NCBI GenBank assembly: GCA_965199855.1
Contig: OZ241326.1
Location: 2,176,001-2,240,000 of the forward strand
Direction of reading: 5' to 3'
From: a bacterium
GTDB lineage: Bacteria; UBA8248
Length of the DNA stretch: 64,000 nt
The first letter of the stretch is position 1. Each line of letters starts with the position of its first letter. The notes under the pieces are model-generated. The model saw nothing but the letters and a program-made list of their open reading frames with translations. It made no database searches and had not been told where the DNA came from. Shown in pieces: positions 21,501 to 33,744 of this stretch. The position numbers and the translations under genes are program-made.

Positions 21501-22231
21501 ATTTCGATTCCTTCGGGACGGAAGTCGGGCTGACTGTCTCCTTTCCCTGGACGAGCGGCCTCGCGGGCTCGCTCTCCCTCCGCCATCAGAAGGGCTCCGC
21601 CGAGGCCTCCCAGGCCGACGGCAAGGGGGAGATTGATCTGGCGGGCGTAGGCATGGGCGCGGGCCTCTCCTGGCGCGGCGGGGACGGCTGGTATCTGAAC
21701 GGGGATTTCTCCGTCATGGACTACGCCGTCGACCTCTCTTCGAAGCAGTCGGGCAAGCTGCGGAACAACGCGCGCGCGATCGTCCGCTCGCTGGACGTCG
21801 AGGCCGGCAGGCGCCTCGCGCTCTATGAGAAAATCACGCTCGCGCCGAGGGCGTGGCTCGCGCGCTCGGCGCTCTCGATGGACAGCTTCACGGACGCGGT
21901 GGGGGCGCGCTTCGAGCTCGTCCGGGCGAATCGCCTCGCGTGGGGAGCGGGCGTTGCCGCGGAGACCGCCCGTCCACTGGAAGTCGGAGGCGGGAGGCTC
22001 GCCCTGCGCGGCTCGGTGGACGTCGAGAGCGTTCAGAGCGGTGAAAAGACCTTCGTCGAGGTCTCCGGCGAGCGGCTCCACGCGGAGGCGGAAAGCCCCC
22101 GCCTTCTGCTCGCCCTCGGCGCGCGCTGGCGCAAGGGGCGCTTCACGATAGGCGGGGAAATCGCCTCCTCCGGCGCAGGCTCCGACGACAAAACCCTCGG
22201 CGCCCGCCTGAGCCTCGGCGCGAAGTTCTAG
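18560..22231 (+). CDS. Autotransporter (type Va) adhesin-like outer membrane protein
   Basis: Sec signal peptide (MRRKKRAAVL...EAAA), Gly/Ala-rich beta-helix-like passenger, C-terminal ~280-aa barrel ending LSLGAKF; AGGAG RBS at 18549. Confidence 0.9.
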   Translation: MRRKKRAAVLAPGLLALLLCAGEAAAQTAVCSSTPAANQRISCVEGIGSASDIRIDAMNLAISLTAATNDGVYLRHDGSGAIDVDLTGGAITTTGAQSYGVAGVRLGPSGATDITLKNIAVKTSAGRAWGVVVDRKTGTGDIGIDVQGGSIETEGARSAAVHAFQRGSGGIDIDVKTAALTVGGEEAFAIYGLRSGAAGDIDISVQGGSLETKSSFAHAIYAKAEFASAAEAGGDIAVKVTDASVTTRGAFSYGVSAEHLGKGEVAVEVSGAAVVAAEGGNGVGVHAHHGKRAEIAGGDTTVDVTIGADARIRAPFGVGVHGRLGLDNAAGVSVTHGGVIEARDAGVLAWAARASGSAADNAARTAPMIHVASSGNIAVGAGVMDAYVREFAAGADGTLSAAERAVLDAIEAENSTALNTALAALPASYTDDWKARARGFLSARGRGATDQTASTVSAADAIVPGESSAQVLGFSLSAVKPTDAGMAAEAAARGILGLSLAGIRALALSHTAIADYVRQGDRDPAILAIAEASRTTQQKAALAAQELLSAAERTVLAAVLTGGDLAAALAALPAAYTDDWKDGVRRHAASYNAGNIRVDVEGGAITAEGNGAEALYAVPHERNGAIAVNVAEGASVSGGANGLYLSGAGAGDGNFRAQSVSIDGEVTGGDGAGVYMKGGGRLTVGATGSVGAESGVAILADGPGDFHAEIAGEVEGGVRSEGAGDFTAEISGMVSGDIHAAGDLTATISGTVTGDVRSAGDLMATISGAVDGNIEGLGAGDHVVSVSRGGVVTGEIHLAASEVRVDGTVGVVRLDRGGMVSIGPAAVIRGVDGVAVRSSGGAASRLHFSMSLPRDRLIRDAIGDAWIINDGGGTDILVNGVKLHDAERGATGLAAQIGGRAVTVRSSEVILDRDFSALDFIDALTPRAGVYEALPGLLLRMESGRAREARTTAEGSPVWVRLSAAEGSRGAKRSTSASKYDFDSFGTEVGLTVSFPWTSGLAGSLSLRHQKGSAEASQADGKGEIDLAGVGMGAGLSWRGGDGWYLNGDFSVMDYAVDLSSKQSGKLRNNARAIVRSLDVEAGRRLALYEKITLAPRAWLARSALSMDSFTDAVGARFELVRANRLAWGAGVAAETARPLEVGGGRLALRGSVDVESVQSGEKTFVEVSGERLHAEAESPRLLLALGARWRKGRFTIGGEIASSGAGSDDKTLGARLSLGAKF

Positions 22232-22233
22232 GA

Positions 22234-22692
22234 GTGGTTGTCCTTCGCCATATTCCCGTCCCGCCGACGCGCGAACATTCCGTAGGGGTCGTTCGTGAAC
22301 GACCCGCCGCTTCAGATCCGAATGTCCATTGAATAACGGGCGGTTCGGGAACCGCCCCTACGAAGGCAAGACGTCACCTCTCCCCGGATCGTCCCTGCGA
22401 AGGCACCCAAACCCCGCGTCCCCCGCCGAATCGCCGGGCGGGACGCATGAATGCGTCCCCTGCGCAAAATCAAAACCCCGCCCGTAGGGGGCGGCGAATT
22501 CGCGCCCCGTTGCGAGCCGGCGGCGACGCCGCGCACGTCGATTACGCCAATCGCAGGGGAAAACCCCTGTGGTTGTCCGCGTCATATTCCCGTCCCGCCG
22601 ACGCGCGAACATCCCGTAGGGGTCGTTCGTGAGCGACCCGCCGCCTCTGATGCGAACGTCTCCTGAATAACGGGCGGTTCGGGAACCGCCCG
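22234..22692. repeat. GTAG-type REP mosaic, copy 2 (two ~130-bp modules)
   Basis: Modules GTGGTTGTCC...GTAGGGGTCGTTCGTGA...GGGCGGTTCGGGAACCGCCC at 22234 and 22569; 22448-22692 is collinear with 17838-18068. Confidence 0.88.
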
Positions 22693-22721
22693 CCTGCCGC
22701 CGCCCCGGGGGCTATTCCGCC

Positions 22722-23564
22722 TCAGGCCGCCCCGAGCTCGCGCAGGAGCGCGCCCGCGTCCGGAGCGCGCATGAGCGCCTCGCCGACGAGGACGGCGTCG
22801 ATTCCCGCCTCCGCCAGGGGCGCGGCCTCGCGCCGCCCGAAGATTCCGCTCTCGGAGACCAGGACGAGCGCCTCGCGCCGCGCGGGGGCGAGGCCGGCGA
22901 ACACGCGGGCGGTATGCGCCGGATCGACCTCGAAGGTTCGCAGATCGCGGTTGTTCACGCCCAGGATTTTCGCGCCCGCCTCGAGCGCGCGCCCGAGTTC
23001 CTCCTCCGCATAGACCTCCACGAGCGCGGCCATGCCCCATTCCTCGGCGAGGCCGCGCAAATCCTCCATCTGCGCCGCCTCGAGGATGGACGCGATGAGC
23101 AGGACGGCGTCCGCCCCGCCCGCGCGCGCCTCGAGAATCTGATAGGGCGCGAAGATGAACTCCTTGCGCATGACGGGCAGGGCGACCGCCGCGCGGACCT
23201 GCTCCAGGTGCGCCATCGCGCCCAGAAACTTCCTGCGCTCGGTGAGCACCGAGACCGCCGCCGCCCCGCCCGCCTCGTATTCCGCGGCGATTTCCGCGGG
23301 AACGAAGGTTTTCCGGGCGATCTCGCCCTGCGAGGGAGAGGCGCGCTTCACCTCGGCGATGACGCGCATCCGCCGCCCCCCGGCGTCCGCCCCCGAAGGA
23401 GGACGCCTGATCGCCTCCGCGAAATCGAGCGCCGGCGGCGCGTCCCGCGCCCGGGCGCGCACCTCGCCCTCGGGGCGCGCCCTCCTGTCCGCGTCCAGAT
23501 CCTCCCGGACGCCCTCCACGAGCGCGTCCAGGACGGTCCGCGTCTCAATCGTGAAGATTTTCAT
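22722..23564 (-). CDS. trpC: Indole-3-glycerol phosphate synthase
   Basis: IAEVKRASPSQG, VSVLTE, RKEFI, GVNNRDL, VSESGI, LVGEALMR. Confidence 0.96.
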   Translation of the reverse strand: MKIFTIETRTVLDALVEGVREDLDADRRARPEGEVRARARDAPPALDFAEAIRRPPSGADAGGRRMRVIAEVKRASPSQGEIARKTFVPAEIAAEYEAGGAAAVSVLTERRKFLGAMAHLEQVRAAVALPVMRKEFIFAPYQILEARAGGADAVLLIASILEAAQMEDLRGLAEEWGMAALVEVYAEEELGRALEAGAKILGVNNRDLRTFEVDPAHTARVFAGLAPARREALVLVSESGIFGRREAAPLAEAGIDAVLVGEALMRAPDAGALLRELGAA

Positions 23565-23770
23565 GCTCCCTCGTCCGGTGATGATTTCTGAAGATCGGGA
23601 GGAAGCGCGCCCCGCGTCCGGGGAACTTCACGCGGCGGCCGCCCGGCCCGCTCCCGCCATCCGCCGGGGCCCCGCGCGAGCCCGCGCCTCTTTTCGCCCA
23701 AGAGTTTATCGAGGCGTTCATCGCGCCCGACGCCCTCGCGGCGGGACGAAACCGCCCGCGCCCTCCCCGC

Positions 23771-24781
23771 TCAGGAGTTGGAGACCTCCACGAGGCGCGC
23801 GAGAACCCTGGCCGCCTCGCCGGAGTCTATCGCCCGGGCCGCCTGCCGGACGCCCTCCTTCAAATCCCGCGCTTTCTCGGCGGCGATGAGGGCGGCGGCG
23901 GCGTTCAGGAGCACGACGTCGCGCCGGGCGCCCCGCTCTCCCTCGAGGATCGCGCGCGTGATCGCCGCGTTTTCCTCCGGCTCGCCCCCCTTGAGGGAGG
24001 CGGCGTCCGCGCGCGGAAGCCCCGCGTCCTCGGGGGCGACCTCGTAGGTTCTGATTTCGCTTCCGTCCCACTCCGAGACGCGCGTGGGGCCGGTGAGCGT
24101 CAGCTCGTCCAGCCCGTCCGAGCCGTGCGCCACCAGCGCCCTGCGGCAGCCCACCCGCCGCAGGACGTCCGCGACCAGTTCGGTGAGTTCGGGCGCATAC
24201 ACGCCCACCAGCTGGCTCTGGGCGCGGGCGGGGTTCGTTAGCGGCCCCATGATGTTGAAGATGCTCCGCATGGCGAGCTCGCGCCTGGGGCCGACCGCGT
24301 GCCTCATCGCCCCGTGCAGCAGGGGCGCGAACAGGAAGCCCACGCCCGTCTCGTCAAGGCACTCGCTCACCTTCTCCGGCGGAGCCTCTATGTTGACCCC
24401 CAGCGCCTTGAGCGCGTCGGCGGCGCCCGACTTGCTCGACACCGCGCGGTTGCCGTGCTTCGCCACCGGCTGGCCCGCCGCCGCGACGACGAGCGCCGCG
24501 CTCGTGCTGATGTTGAAGGTGCGCGCGCCGTCCCCGCCGGTGCCCACCACGTCGATGACGAAGGGATGCTTCGTCTTCACCCAGGTCGCCTTCGCCCGCA
24601 TGGAGCGCACGCTGCCGGCGATCTCCTCGGGCGTCTCCCCCGCCATGCGCAGCGCCACCAGATAGGCGCCGATCTGCGCCTGCGTGGCCTCGCCCGTCAT
24701 GATGAGGTCCATCGCCCGCTCCGCCTCGTCCGCGCTCAGATGGCGGCCTTCCACGAGCTTGCCGATGGCTTCCTGAATCAT
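23771..24781 (-). CDS. trpD: Anthranilate phosphoribosyltransferase
   Basis: GTGGDGARTFNIST, KHGNRAVSSKSG, GPLTNP, DGLDE. Confidence 0.96.
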   Translation of the reverse strand: MIQEAIGKLVEGRHLSADEAERAMDLIMTGEATQAQIGAYLVALRMAGETPEEIAGSVRSMRAKATWVKTKHPFVIDVVGTGGDGARTFNISTSAALVVAAAGQPVAKHGNRAVSSKSGAADALKALGVNIEAPPEKVSECLDETGVGFLFAPLLHGAMRHAVGPRRELAMRSIFNIMGPLTNPARAQSQLVGVYAPELTELVADVLRRVGCRRALVAHGSDGLDELTLTGPTRVSEWDGSEIRTYEVAPEDAGLPRADAASLKGGEPEENAAITRAILEGERGARRDVVLLNAAAALIAAEKARDLKEGVRQAARAIDSGEAARVLARLVEVSNS

Positions 24782-24911
24782 GGGCGCATATCCCCAACAG
24801 GATTGGACGGACGCAGACGCGCGTCCTCCCGCGCGAAGCCGCACCGGGCATCAAACGCGCCATCCTGTGCTGTCCCGGGCGATTCAGCATACCCCGCCCG
24901 CGCGCCTTCCC

Positions 24912-25496
<585 letters not shown>

Positions 25497-25511
25497 GCCG
25501 CCCTCTCCGCC

Positions 25512-27032
25512 CTAGGGAAGCCCGCCCCGCGCCACCTCCAGGGCGCGCAGGGCGCCGCGGGCCTTGTTGATGGTTTCCTCGTACTCGAAGCCGGGCCTTG
25601 AATCCGCCACGACGCCCGCGCCCACCTGGAGATAGAGCCTGTCCCCGCGCGCGTAGAACGTGCGGATGGCGATGCAGGTGTCCATGCCGCCGCCGAAGCC
25701 GAAATATCCCACCGCGCCCGCATAGGGGCCCCTGCGCACGGGCTCCGTCTCCTCGATGATCTCCATGGCGCGCACCTTGGGCGCGCCCGAGACCGTCCCC
25801 GCCGGAAAGGCGGCGCGCAGAACGTCGAACGCGTCCTTCCCCTCCGCCAGCTCTCCCGCCACGTTGCTGACGATGTGCATGACGTGGGAATAGCGCTCTA
25901 TCGCCATCTGCTCGGTGACGCGCACCGTGCCGCGCTCGCACACGCGGCCGACGTCGTTGCGGCCGAGATCGACGAGCATGATGTGCTCGGCGCGCTCCTT
26001 CTCGTCGGAGAGCAGCTCCTCCGCCAGGGCCGCGTCCTCCGCCGCGTCCCTCCCGCGCCGGCGCGTGCCCGCGATGGGGCGCACCTCGACCCGCCCGCCC
26101 TCGAGCCGCGCGAGCACCTCGGGCGAGGCGCCCACGAGGGTGACGCCGCCGAGCTCCAGGTAGAACATGTAGGGGGAGGGATTCACCATGCGCAGCGCCC
26201 GGTAGATGGCGAAGGGGTGCACGTCCAGGGCGCTTTCGAGGCGCTGCGAGAGCACGACCTGAATCGCCTCGCCGGCGTGGATGAGCTCCACCGCGTCGGC
26301 GACCGCCTTCTCGAAGCCCTCGCGCGTGAACGAGGAGGAAAGACCGGGCATGTCGTCCACCGGATGCCCGCCCGCGTCCCCGGAGGGCGGCGCCTCCGGC
26401 AGGCGCGGCGGAGCGACCGAGGGGCCCCGCAGCTTCCCGATGAGCGCGTCGACGCGCGCGCACGCCTCCTCGTAGGCGGCCTCGGGCGCCTCCTCGCCGA
26501 CGCGCGCGTGGGCGACGACGTAAATCTTCTGCGCGACGCTGTCGAAGATGACCAGGGACTTCGTGACGATGAAGAGCAGCTCGGGCAGTTCGAGATCGTC
26601 CCGGGCGCGCCCGGGCAGGCGTTCGATGAAGCGGACCGCGTCGTATCCCATGTAGCCGATGGCGCCCCCCCAGAACCTCGGCAGGCCGGGAAGCTCGACG
26701 GGGCGATGCTCCCGCATCACCTCTCGCAGGGCGTCGATGGGATCGTCCACGGCGCACGTCTCCGTCCTCCCCTCCCGCGTGACGCGCGCCTCGCGCCCCC
26801 TGCTCTCGAAGACGAGCGAAGGCTCGCCGCCCAGAAAGGTGTATCGCGCCCATTTCTCTCCGCCCTCGACGCTTTCGAGCAGGAAGGAATAGGGGCCGTC
26901 CGCGATCTTCAGATAGGCGGACACCGGCGTTTCGAGATCGGCCATGATCTCCCGATACACCGGCACGACGCTGCCCCGCCCGGCGAGCCTCAGGAAAGTT
27001 TCCTTGTCCGGCGCATGATCACGTGGATTCAT
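25512..27032 (-). CDS. trpE: Anthranilate synthase component I
   Basis: FLLESVEGGE, NPSPYMF, PIAGTR, EHIMLVDLGRND, PAGTVSGAPKVRAM. Confidence 0.96.
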   Translation of the reverse strand: MNPRDHAPDKETFLRLAGRGSVVPVYREIMADLETPVSAYLKIADGPYSFLLESVEGGEKWARYTFLGGEPSLVFESRGREARVTREGRTETCAVDDPIDALREVMREHRPVELPGLPRFWGGAIGYMGYDAVRFIERLPGRARDDLELPELLFIVTKSLVIFDSVAQKIYVVAHARVGEEAPEAAYEEACARVDALIGKLRGPSVAPPRLPEAPPSGDAGGHPVDDMPGLSSSFTREGFEKAVADAVELIHAGEAIQVVLSQRLESALDVHPFAIYRALRMVNPSPYMFYLELGGVTLVGASPEVLARLEGGRVEVRPIAGTRRRGRDAAEDAALAEELLSDEKERAEHIMLVDLGRNDVGRVCERGTVRVTEQMAIERYSHVMHIVSNVAGELAEGKDAFDVLRAAFPAGTVSGAPKVRAMEIIEETEPVRRGPYAGAVGYFGFGGGMDTCIAIRTFYARGDRLYLQVGAGVVADSRPGFEYEETINKARGALRALEVARGGLP

Positions 27033-27081
27033 TCTTCACCGAGGCGCCGTCCCGCGCGCGGCGCCTTCTCCCTCCATCAGC

Positions 27082-27117
27082 AAAAAAAGCCATGGGGCCG
27101 GCGGGCCGCCATGGCTT
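27082..27117 (-). terminator. Intrinsic terminator of the trp attenuator
   Basis: Minus strand AAGCCATGG-cggcccgccggcc-CCATGGC-TTTTTTT, 50 nt upstream of trpE. Confidence 0.85.
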
Positions 27118-27151
27118 GCGGATTCGACGACGAAAACTCCGGCAAACCTCC

Positions 27152-27325
27152 CTATGGCGCGCCTCCGGGTCCGGCGGGAAATCGCCAGGGCCAGGCCTCC
27201 CTCGCCGCGCCGCGCTTCCGCGTCCGGCGCGCGCTCCCCGCGCGCGAAGCCCGCCCTTTCAGGCCGGCTTCGGCGAATAAGGCGGACGATTCGATGAATG
27301 ACGCGGCTTCTTCGATCTCCGTCAT
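27152..27325 (-). CDS. trpL: Putative trp leader peptide, 57 aa (MTEIEEAASF...AREAWPWRFPAGPGGAP)
   Basis: Hand translation; two TGG codons near the 3' end just upstream of the terminator; ATG overlaps the upstream stop (ATGA); true start could differ. Confidence 0.6.
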   Translation of the reverse strand: MTEIEEAASFIESSALFAEAGLKGRASRAGSARRTRKRGAAREAWPWRFPAGPGGAP

Positions 27326-27738
27326 CGCTTCGCCCTTCCCGAATCCGAATTTTTCGCCAGGAGAATCTCGATAACGCGATCGATCCGCCGGTTGATTTGA
27401 TCGATCCGCTGGTTCACCTGATCGATCCGCTCGCCAACCTGCTGAAACTGCCGGTTCACCTGCCGAAACTGCTGAACCATATTTTCCTCAAGCCGCGCGA
27501 GACGCTGGTTGATATCCGTCCTGGCGCCCGCAATCGCCTTTTCGTTGCTCGTTATCCGCGCGTCCAGCCTCGCGATCTGGGCATCCACGGCGCGCCATCC
27601 GAAGCCGGCGAGCAGGGTGACGACCGCGGCGGCGCATACGCCCGCGGTCCAAATGGAGGGGTGCTCCTTGAAGGAGCGCACCACCCGGCTCTCCCTGGAC
27701 GCTTTTTCCATGGTCCCGCCCTTTTCGCTCCCCGCCAT
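27322..27738 (-). CDS. Membrane-anchored coiled-coil hypothetical protein
   Basis: One hydrophobic segment (IWTAGVCAAAVVTLLAGFGW) then heptads FRQVNRQ/FQQVGER/IDQVNQR/IDQINRR; alternative start 27711. Confidence 0.75.
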   Translation of the reverse strand: MAGSEKGGTMEKASRESRVVRSFKEHPSIWTAGVCAAAVVTLLAGFGWRAVDAQIARLDARITSNEKAIAGARTDINQRLARLEENMVQQFRQVNRQFQQVGERIDQVNQRIDQINRRIDRVIEILLAKNSDSGRAKR

Positions 27739-27797
27739 CCTCCCCCGAATGTTACAGCCCGCATCGGAAAAGTCAAGAAAAGCCGCGCCAGGGACGA

Positions 27798-28598
27798 TCA
27801 GGCCGCGCCCTCGTCAGGCGCGGGAGGAGCCTCGGGCGGCAATTTGTCCCCGTATTCCACGCGAACCAGCGCCAGCCCCTGGGGCGGGGCGGTGACGCCC
27901 GCCAGACGCCTGTTCCGACCCGCAAGCGCCTCCTTCATCGAATCCGCCTCGCGCTCCCCGCGCCCCACCTCCACCAGGACGCCCGCCAGGTTTCTCACCA
28001 TGTGGCGCAGAAACCCGTTCGCCCTCGCCTCGATCACCACCTCGTCGCCCGCGCGCTCCACGCTCAGGCGATCGAGGCGGCGCGCGGTGTCTTCGGGCCT
28101 TCCCTTCTCCCGGCAGAAGCTGGCGAAGTCATGCTCGCCCTCCAGAATCTCCGCGGCGCGCCGCATCGCCTCCAGGTCGAGGGGCTTTCGGACGTGCCAG
28201 ACGCGCGCGCGGCGAATGGCGCTGGGAGAGCGGCGGTTCAGGACGCGGTAGCGGTAGGTTTTTCCGAGGGCGTCGAACTGGGCGTGAAAGCCGCCGGGCG
28301 CCTCCCTGCAGTCGAGGATGGAGACGTCGCGCTCCATGATCCCGTTGAGGCCGATTCGCGCCTTCCAGGGCTCGATGCGCGAACCCGTCCGAAAGTGCGC
28401 CACCTGGCCCCAGGCGTGGACGCCGGCGTCGGTGCGGCCCGAGCCGATGATTCGCACCGCCTCCCCGCACATCTTCGCCAGCGCGCTCTCGATTTCGCCC
28501 TGCACGGTGCGCTGCCCGGGCTGGGCCTGCCAGCCGCGGAAATTCGCGCCGTCGTATTCTATCCAGAGGACGAGGCAGCGGAGGCTCCCGGCGTCCAT
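27798..28598 (-). CDS. truA: tRNA pseudouridine(38-40) synthase
   Basis: EYDGANFRGWQ, GSGRTDAGVHA, GEHDFASF, GFLRHMVR, TAPPQGL. Confidence 0.97.
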   Translation of the reverse strand: MDAGSLRCLVLWIEYDGANFRGWQAQPGQRTVQGEIESALAKMCGEAVRIIGSGRTDAGVHAWGQVAHFRTGSRIEPWKARIGLNGIMERDVSILDCREAPGGFHAQFDALGKTYRYRVLNRRSPSAIRRARVWHVRKPLDLEAMRRAAEILEGEHDFASFCREKGRPEDTARRLDRLSVERAGDEVVIEARANGFLRHMVRNLAGVLVEVGRGEREADSMKEALAGRNRRLAGVTAPPQGLALVRVEYGDKLPPEAPPAPDEGAA

Positions 28599-28610
28599 CG
28601 GCGCGGAGGG

Positions 28611-31463
<2,853 letters not shown>

Positions 31464-31569
31464 CGCCTGCTCCTGTCGCGTGAAGCCCGCCCCGCTCGCG
31501 CCCCGGACGCCCCGGCAAGCCGGGAGGCTCTTCGTTCGCGGGCGGGGCGTCCGACGGCGATCTGGCGCT

Positions 31570-32343
31570 CTAATACCAGACGAGCCCGCCCGTCACGTTG
31601 ATGTCCTGGGCGGTCATATGCGCGGCCTCATCGGAGGCCAGGAAAACGCACAGGGCGGCGTGATCCTCCGCGTCCACGAGCGTCTTGAGGGCGCCCGGGT
31701 CCGTGAACGTCCTCTTCGCCTCCTCGAACGTCGCGCCGAAGCTCTGCGCCATGTTCTCGATGACGCTGTCGATTCTCGGGCCCGCGGTGGCGCCGGGGCA
31801 GATCGCGTTCACCGTGACGCCGTATTCGCCGAGCTCGAACGCGAGGGTGCGCGTGAGGCCGATGAGCGCCATCTTGGAGGCCGTGTAGGGCGTCCGGTTG
31901 GGCAGCGGGCGCTTGCCGCTCATGGAGCTGACGTTGAGGATGCGTCCGCTTCGCTTCGCCTTCATGGTGGGAATGACGTATTTCGTCATCAGAAAGGCGC
32001 CGGTGACGTTGACCTCGAAGCAGTCGAGCCACTCCTCGCGCGATACGTCCTCGCACGCCTTCGTGGGGCCGGCGACGCCCGAGTTGTTCACGAGGACGTC
32101 GATGGTTCCGAATTCGGCGAGCGTCCTCTCCACGAGGCGCCGAATCGCCGCCTCGTCCGTGAGGTCGGTGGGGACGACGAGGGAGGCGCCCGCGGGCATC
32201 TGGGCGGCGGCGGCCTCCAGGTTCCGCGCGGTGCGCGCGGCGAGGACGACCCGCGCCCCCTCGCGCGCGAACGCCAGGGCGATGGCCTTGCCGATTCCCT
32301 GCCCCGCGCCGGTGATGACGGCGACCTTGTCCTTCAGGCGCAT
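31570..32343 (-). CDS. Short-chain dehydrogenase/reductase
   Basis: TGAGQGIG, NNSG, YTASK catalytic motif. Confidence 0.93.
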   Translation of the reverse strand: MRLKDKVAVITGAGQGIGKAIALAFAREGARVVLAARTARNLEAAAAQMPAGASLVVPTDLTDEAAIRRLVERTLAEFGTIDVLVNNSGVAGPTKACEDVSREEWLDCFEVNVTGAFLMTKYVIPTMKAKRSGRILNVSSMSGKRPLPNRTPYTASKMALIGLTRTLAFELGEYGVTVNAICPGATAGPRIDSVIENMAQSFGATFEEAKRTFTDPGALKTLVDAEDHAALCVFLASDEAAHMTAQDINVTGGLVWY

Positions 32344-32389
32344 TCCATTCCTCCCCCTGCGGCGTCGGCGAGCCTCCGCGAACGGATGC

Positions 32390-32812
32390 TCACGCCTGCC
32401 TGGGCAGATCCTCCTTCGCGAACCAGAAGCCGAGCTCGAAGGCGGCGGTGTCGGGCGCGTCGGAGCCGTGCGTGGAGTTTCGCTCGACGCTCTCGCCGAA
32501 CTCCGCGCGAATCGTCCCCGGCGCGGCCTCCGCCGGATTCGTGGCGCCCATGACGTCGCGCCAGCGCCGGATGGCGTCCTCGCGCTCGAGCGCCAGCACC
32601 ACCGCGGGGCCCGAGGACATGAACGCCGTGAGGCTCTCGAAGAAGGGGCGCTCGCGGTGAACCGCGTAGAAGCCCTCCGCCTGGGGCTTCGACATGCGGA
32701 CGAGCCTCATCCCCAGGATCGAGAAGCCCTCCTCCTCGATTCGCGCGAGAATCTTCCAGGACAGGCCGCGCCCGACGGCGTCGGGCTTGATCATCGCGAA
32801 CGTGCGCTCCAT
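32390..32812 (-). CDS. ndk: Nucleoside diphosphate kinase
   Basis: [31 protein letters not shown]. Confidence 0.97.
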   Translation of the reverse strand: MERTFAMIKPDAVGRGLSWKILARIEEEGFSILGMRLVRMSKPQAEGFYAVHRERPFFESLTAFMSSGPAVVLALEREDAIRRWRDVMGATNPAEAAPGTIRAEFGESVERNSTHGSDAPDTAAFELGFWFAKEDLPRQA

Positions 32813-32836
32813 GCGTCTCCTCTCCCGTATGACGGC

Positions 32837-33733
32837 TCAGGCGCGGCCCAGCGCCCTGGCCATGGTGAGGCCCATGTCGGCCGGGCTTTCGGCGACGTGA
32901 ACCCCGCATTCGCTCATCACCCGCATCTTCTCGGCGGCCGTCCCCTCGCCGCCCGAGATGATGGCGCCCGCGTGGCCCATCCGCCGGCCCGGGGGCGCCG
33001 TCTGGCCCGCGATGAAGCCCGCGAGCGGCTTCGTGACGTTCTCCTTCGCCCAGCGCGCCGCGTCCTGCTCGGCGGAGCCGCCGATCTCGCCGATCATGAT
33101 GATGGCCTCCGTTGCCGGGTCGGCCTCGAACATGGCGAGAAGGTCGATATACATCGCGCCGATGACGGGGTCGCCGCCGATGCCCACGCAGGTGGACTGC
33201 CCGAGGCCCTGCCCGGTGAGCTGGGCGACGACCTCATAGGTGAGCGTGCCGCTCTTCGAGATGACGCCGACGGAGCCCGCCTTGTGGATGTGGCCGGGCA
33301 TGATGCCCATCTTGCAGGCGCCGGGGGTGATGACGCCCGGGCAGTTGGGGCCGATGAGGACGGCGCCGCTCCCCTCCATGTGCCGCTTGACGTAGACCAT
33401 GTCGCGCACCGGAATGCCCTCGGTGATGCACACCACGAGGGGAACGCCGGCGTCCACGGCCTCCACGATGGCGTCCGCGGCGAAGGGCGGCGGCACGAAG
33501 ATGAGCGAGGCGTTCGCCCCCGTCGCGTCCGCCGCCTCCGCCACCGTGTCGAACACGGGCGCGTCCACAGCCTCCCGGCCGCCCTTGCCGGGCGTCACGC
33601 CGGCCACCACCGCGCCGCCTCCCCCCGCGAACTCACGGCTGTATTTCTGGCACTGCGCGGCGTGAAAGCCCCCCTCGCGCCCGGTGATGCCCTGCACGAG
33701 GACGCGCGTGTCCCTGTCGATCAGAATGCCCAA
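32837..33733 (-). CDS. sucD: Succinyl-CoA synthetase alpha subunit
   Basis: [34 protein letters not shown]. Confidence 0.97.
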   Translation of the reverse strand: MGILIDRDTRVLVQGITGREGGFHAAQCQKYSREFAGGGGAVVAGVTPGKGGREAVDAPVFDTVAEAADATGANASLIFVPPPFAADAIVEAVDAGVPLVVCITEGIPVRDMVYVKRHMEGSGAVLIGPNCPGVITPGACKMGIMPGHIHKAGSVGVISKSGTLTYEVVAQLTGQGLGQSTCVGIGGDPVIGAMYIDLLAMFEADPATEAIIMIGEIGGSAEQDAARWAKENVTKPLAGFIAGQTAPPGRRMGHAGAIISGGEGTAAEKMRVMSECGVHVAESPADMGLTMARALGRA

Positions 33734-33744
33734 GCCCGAACCCC

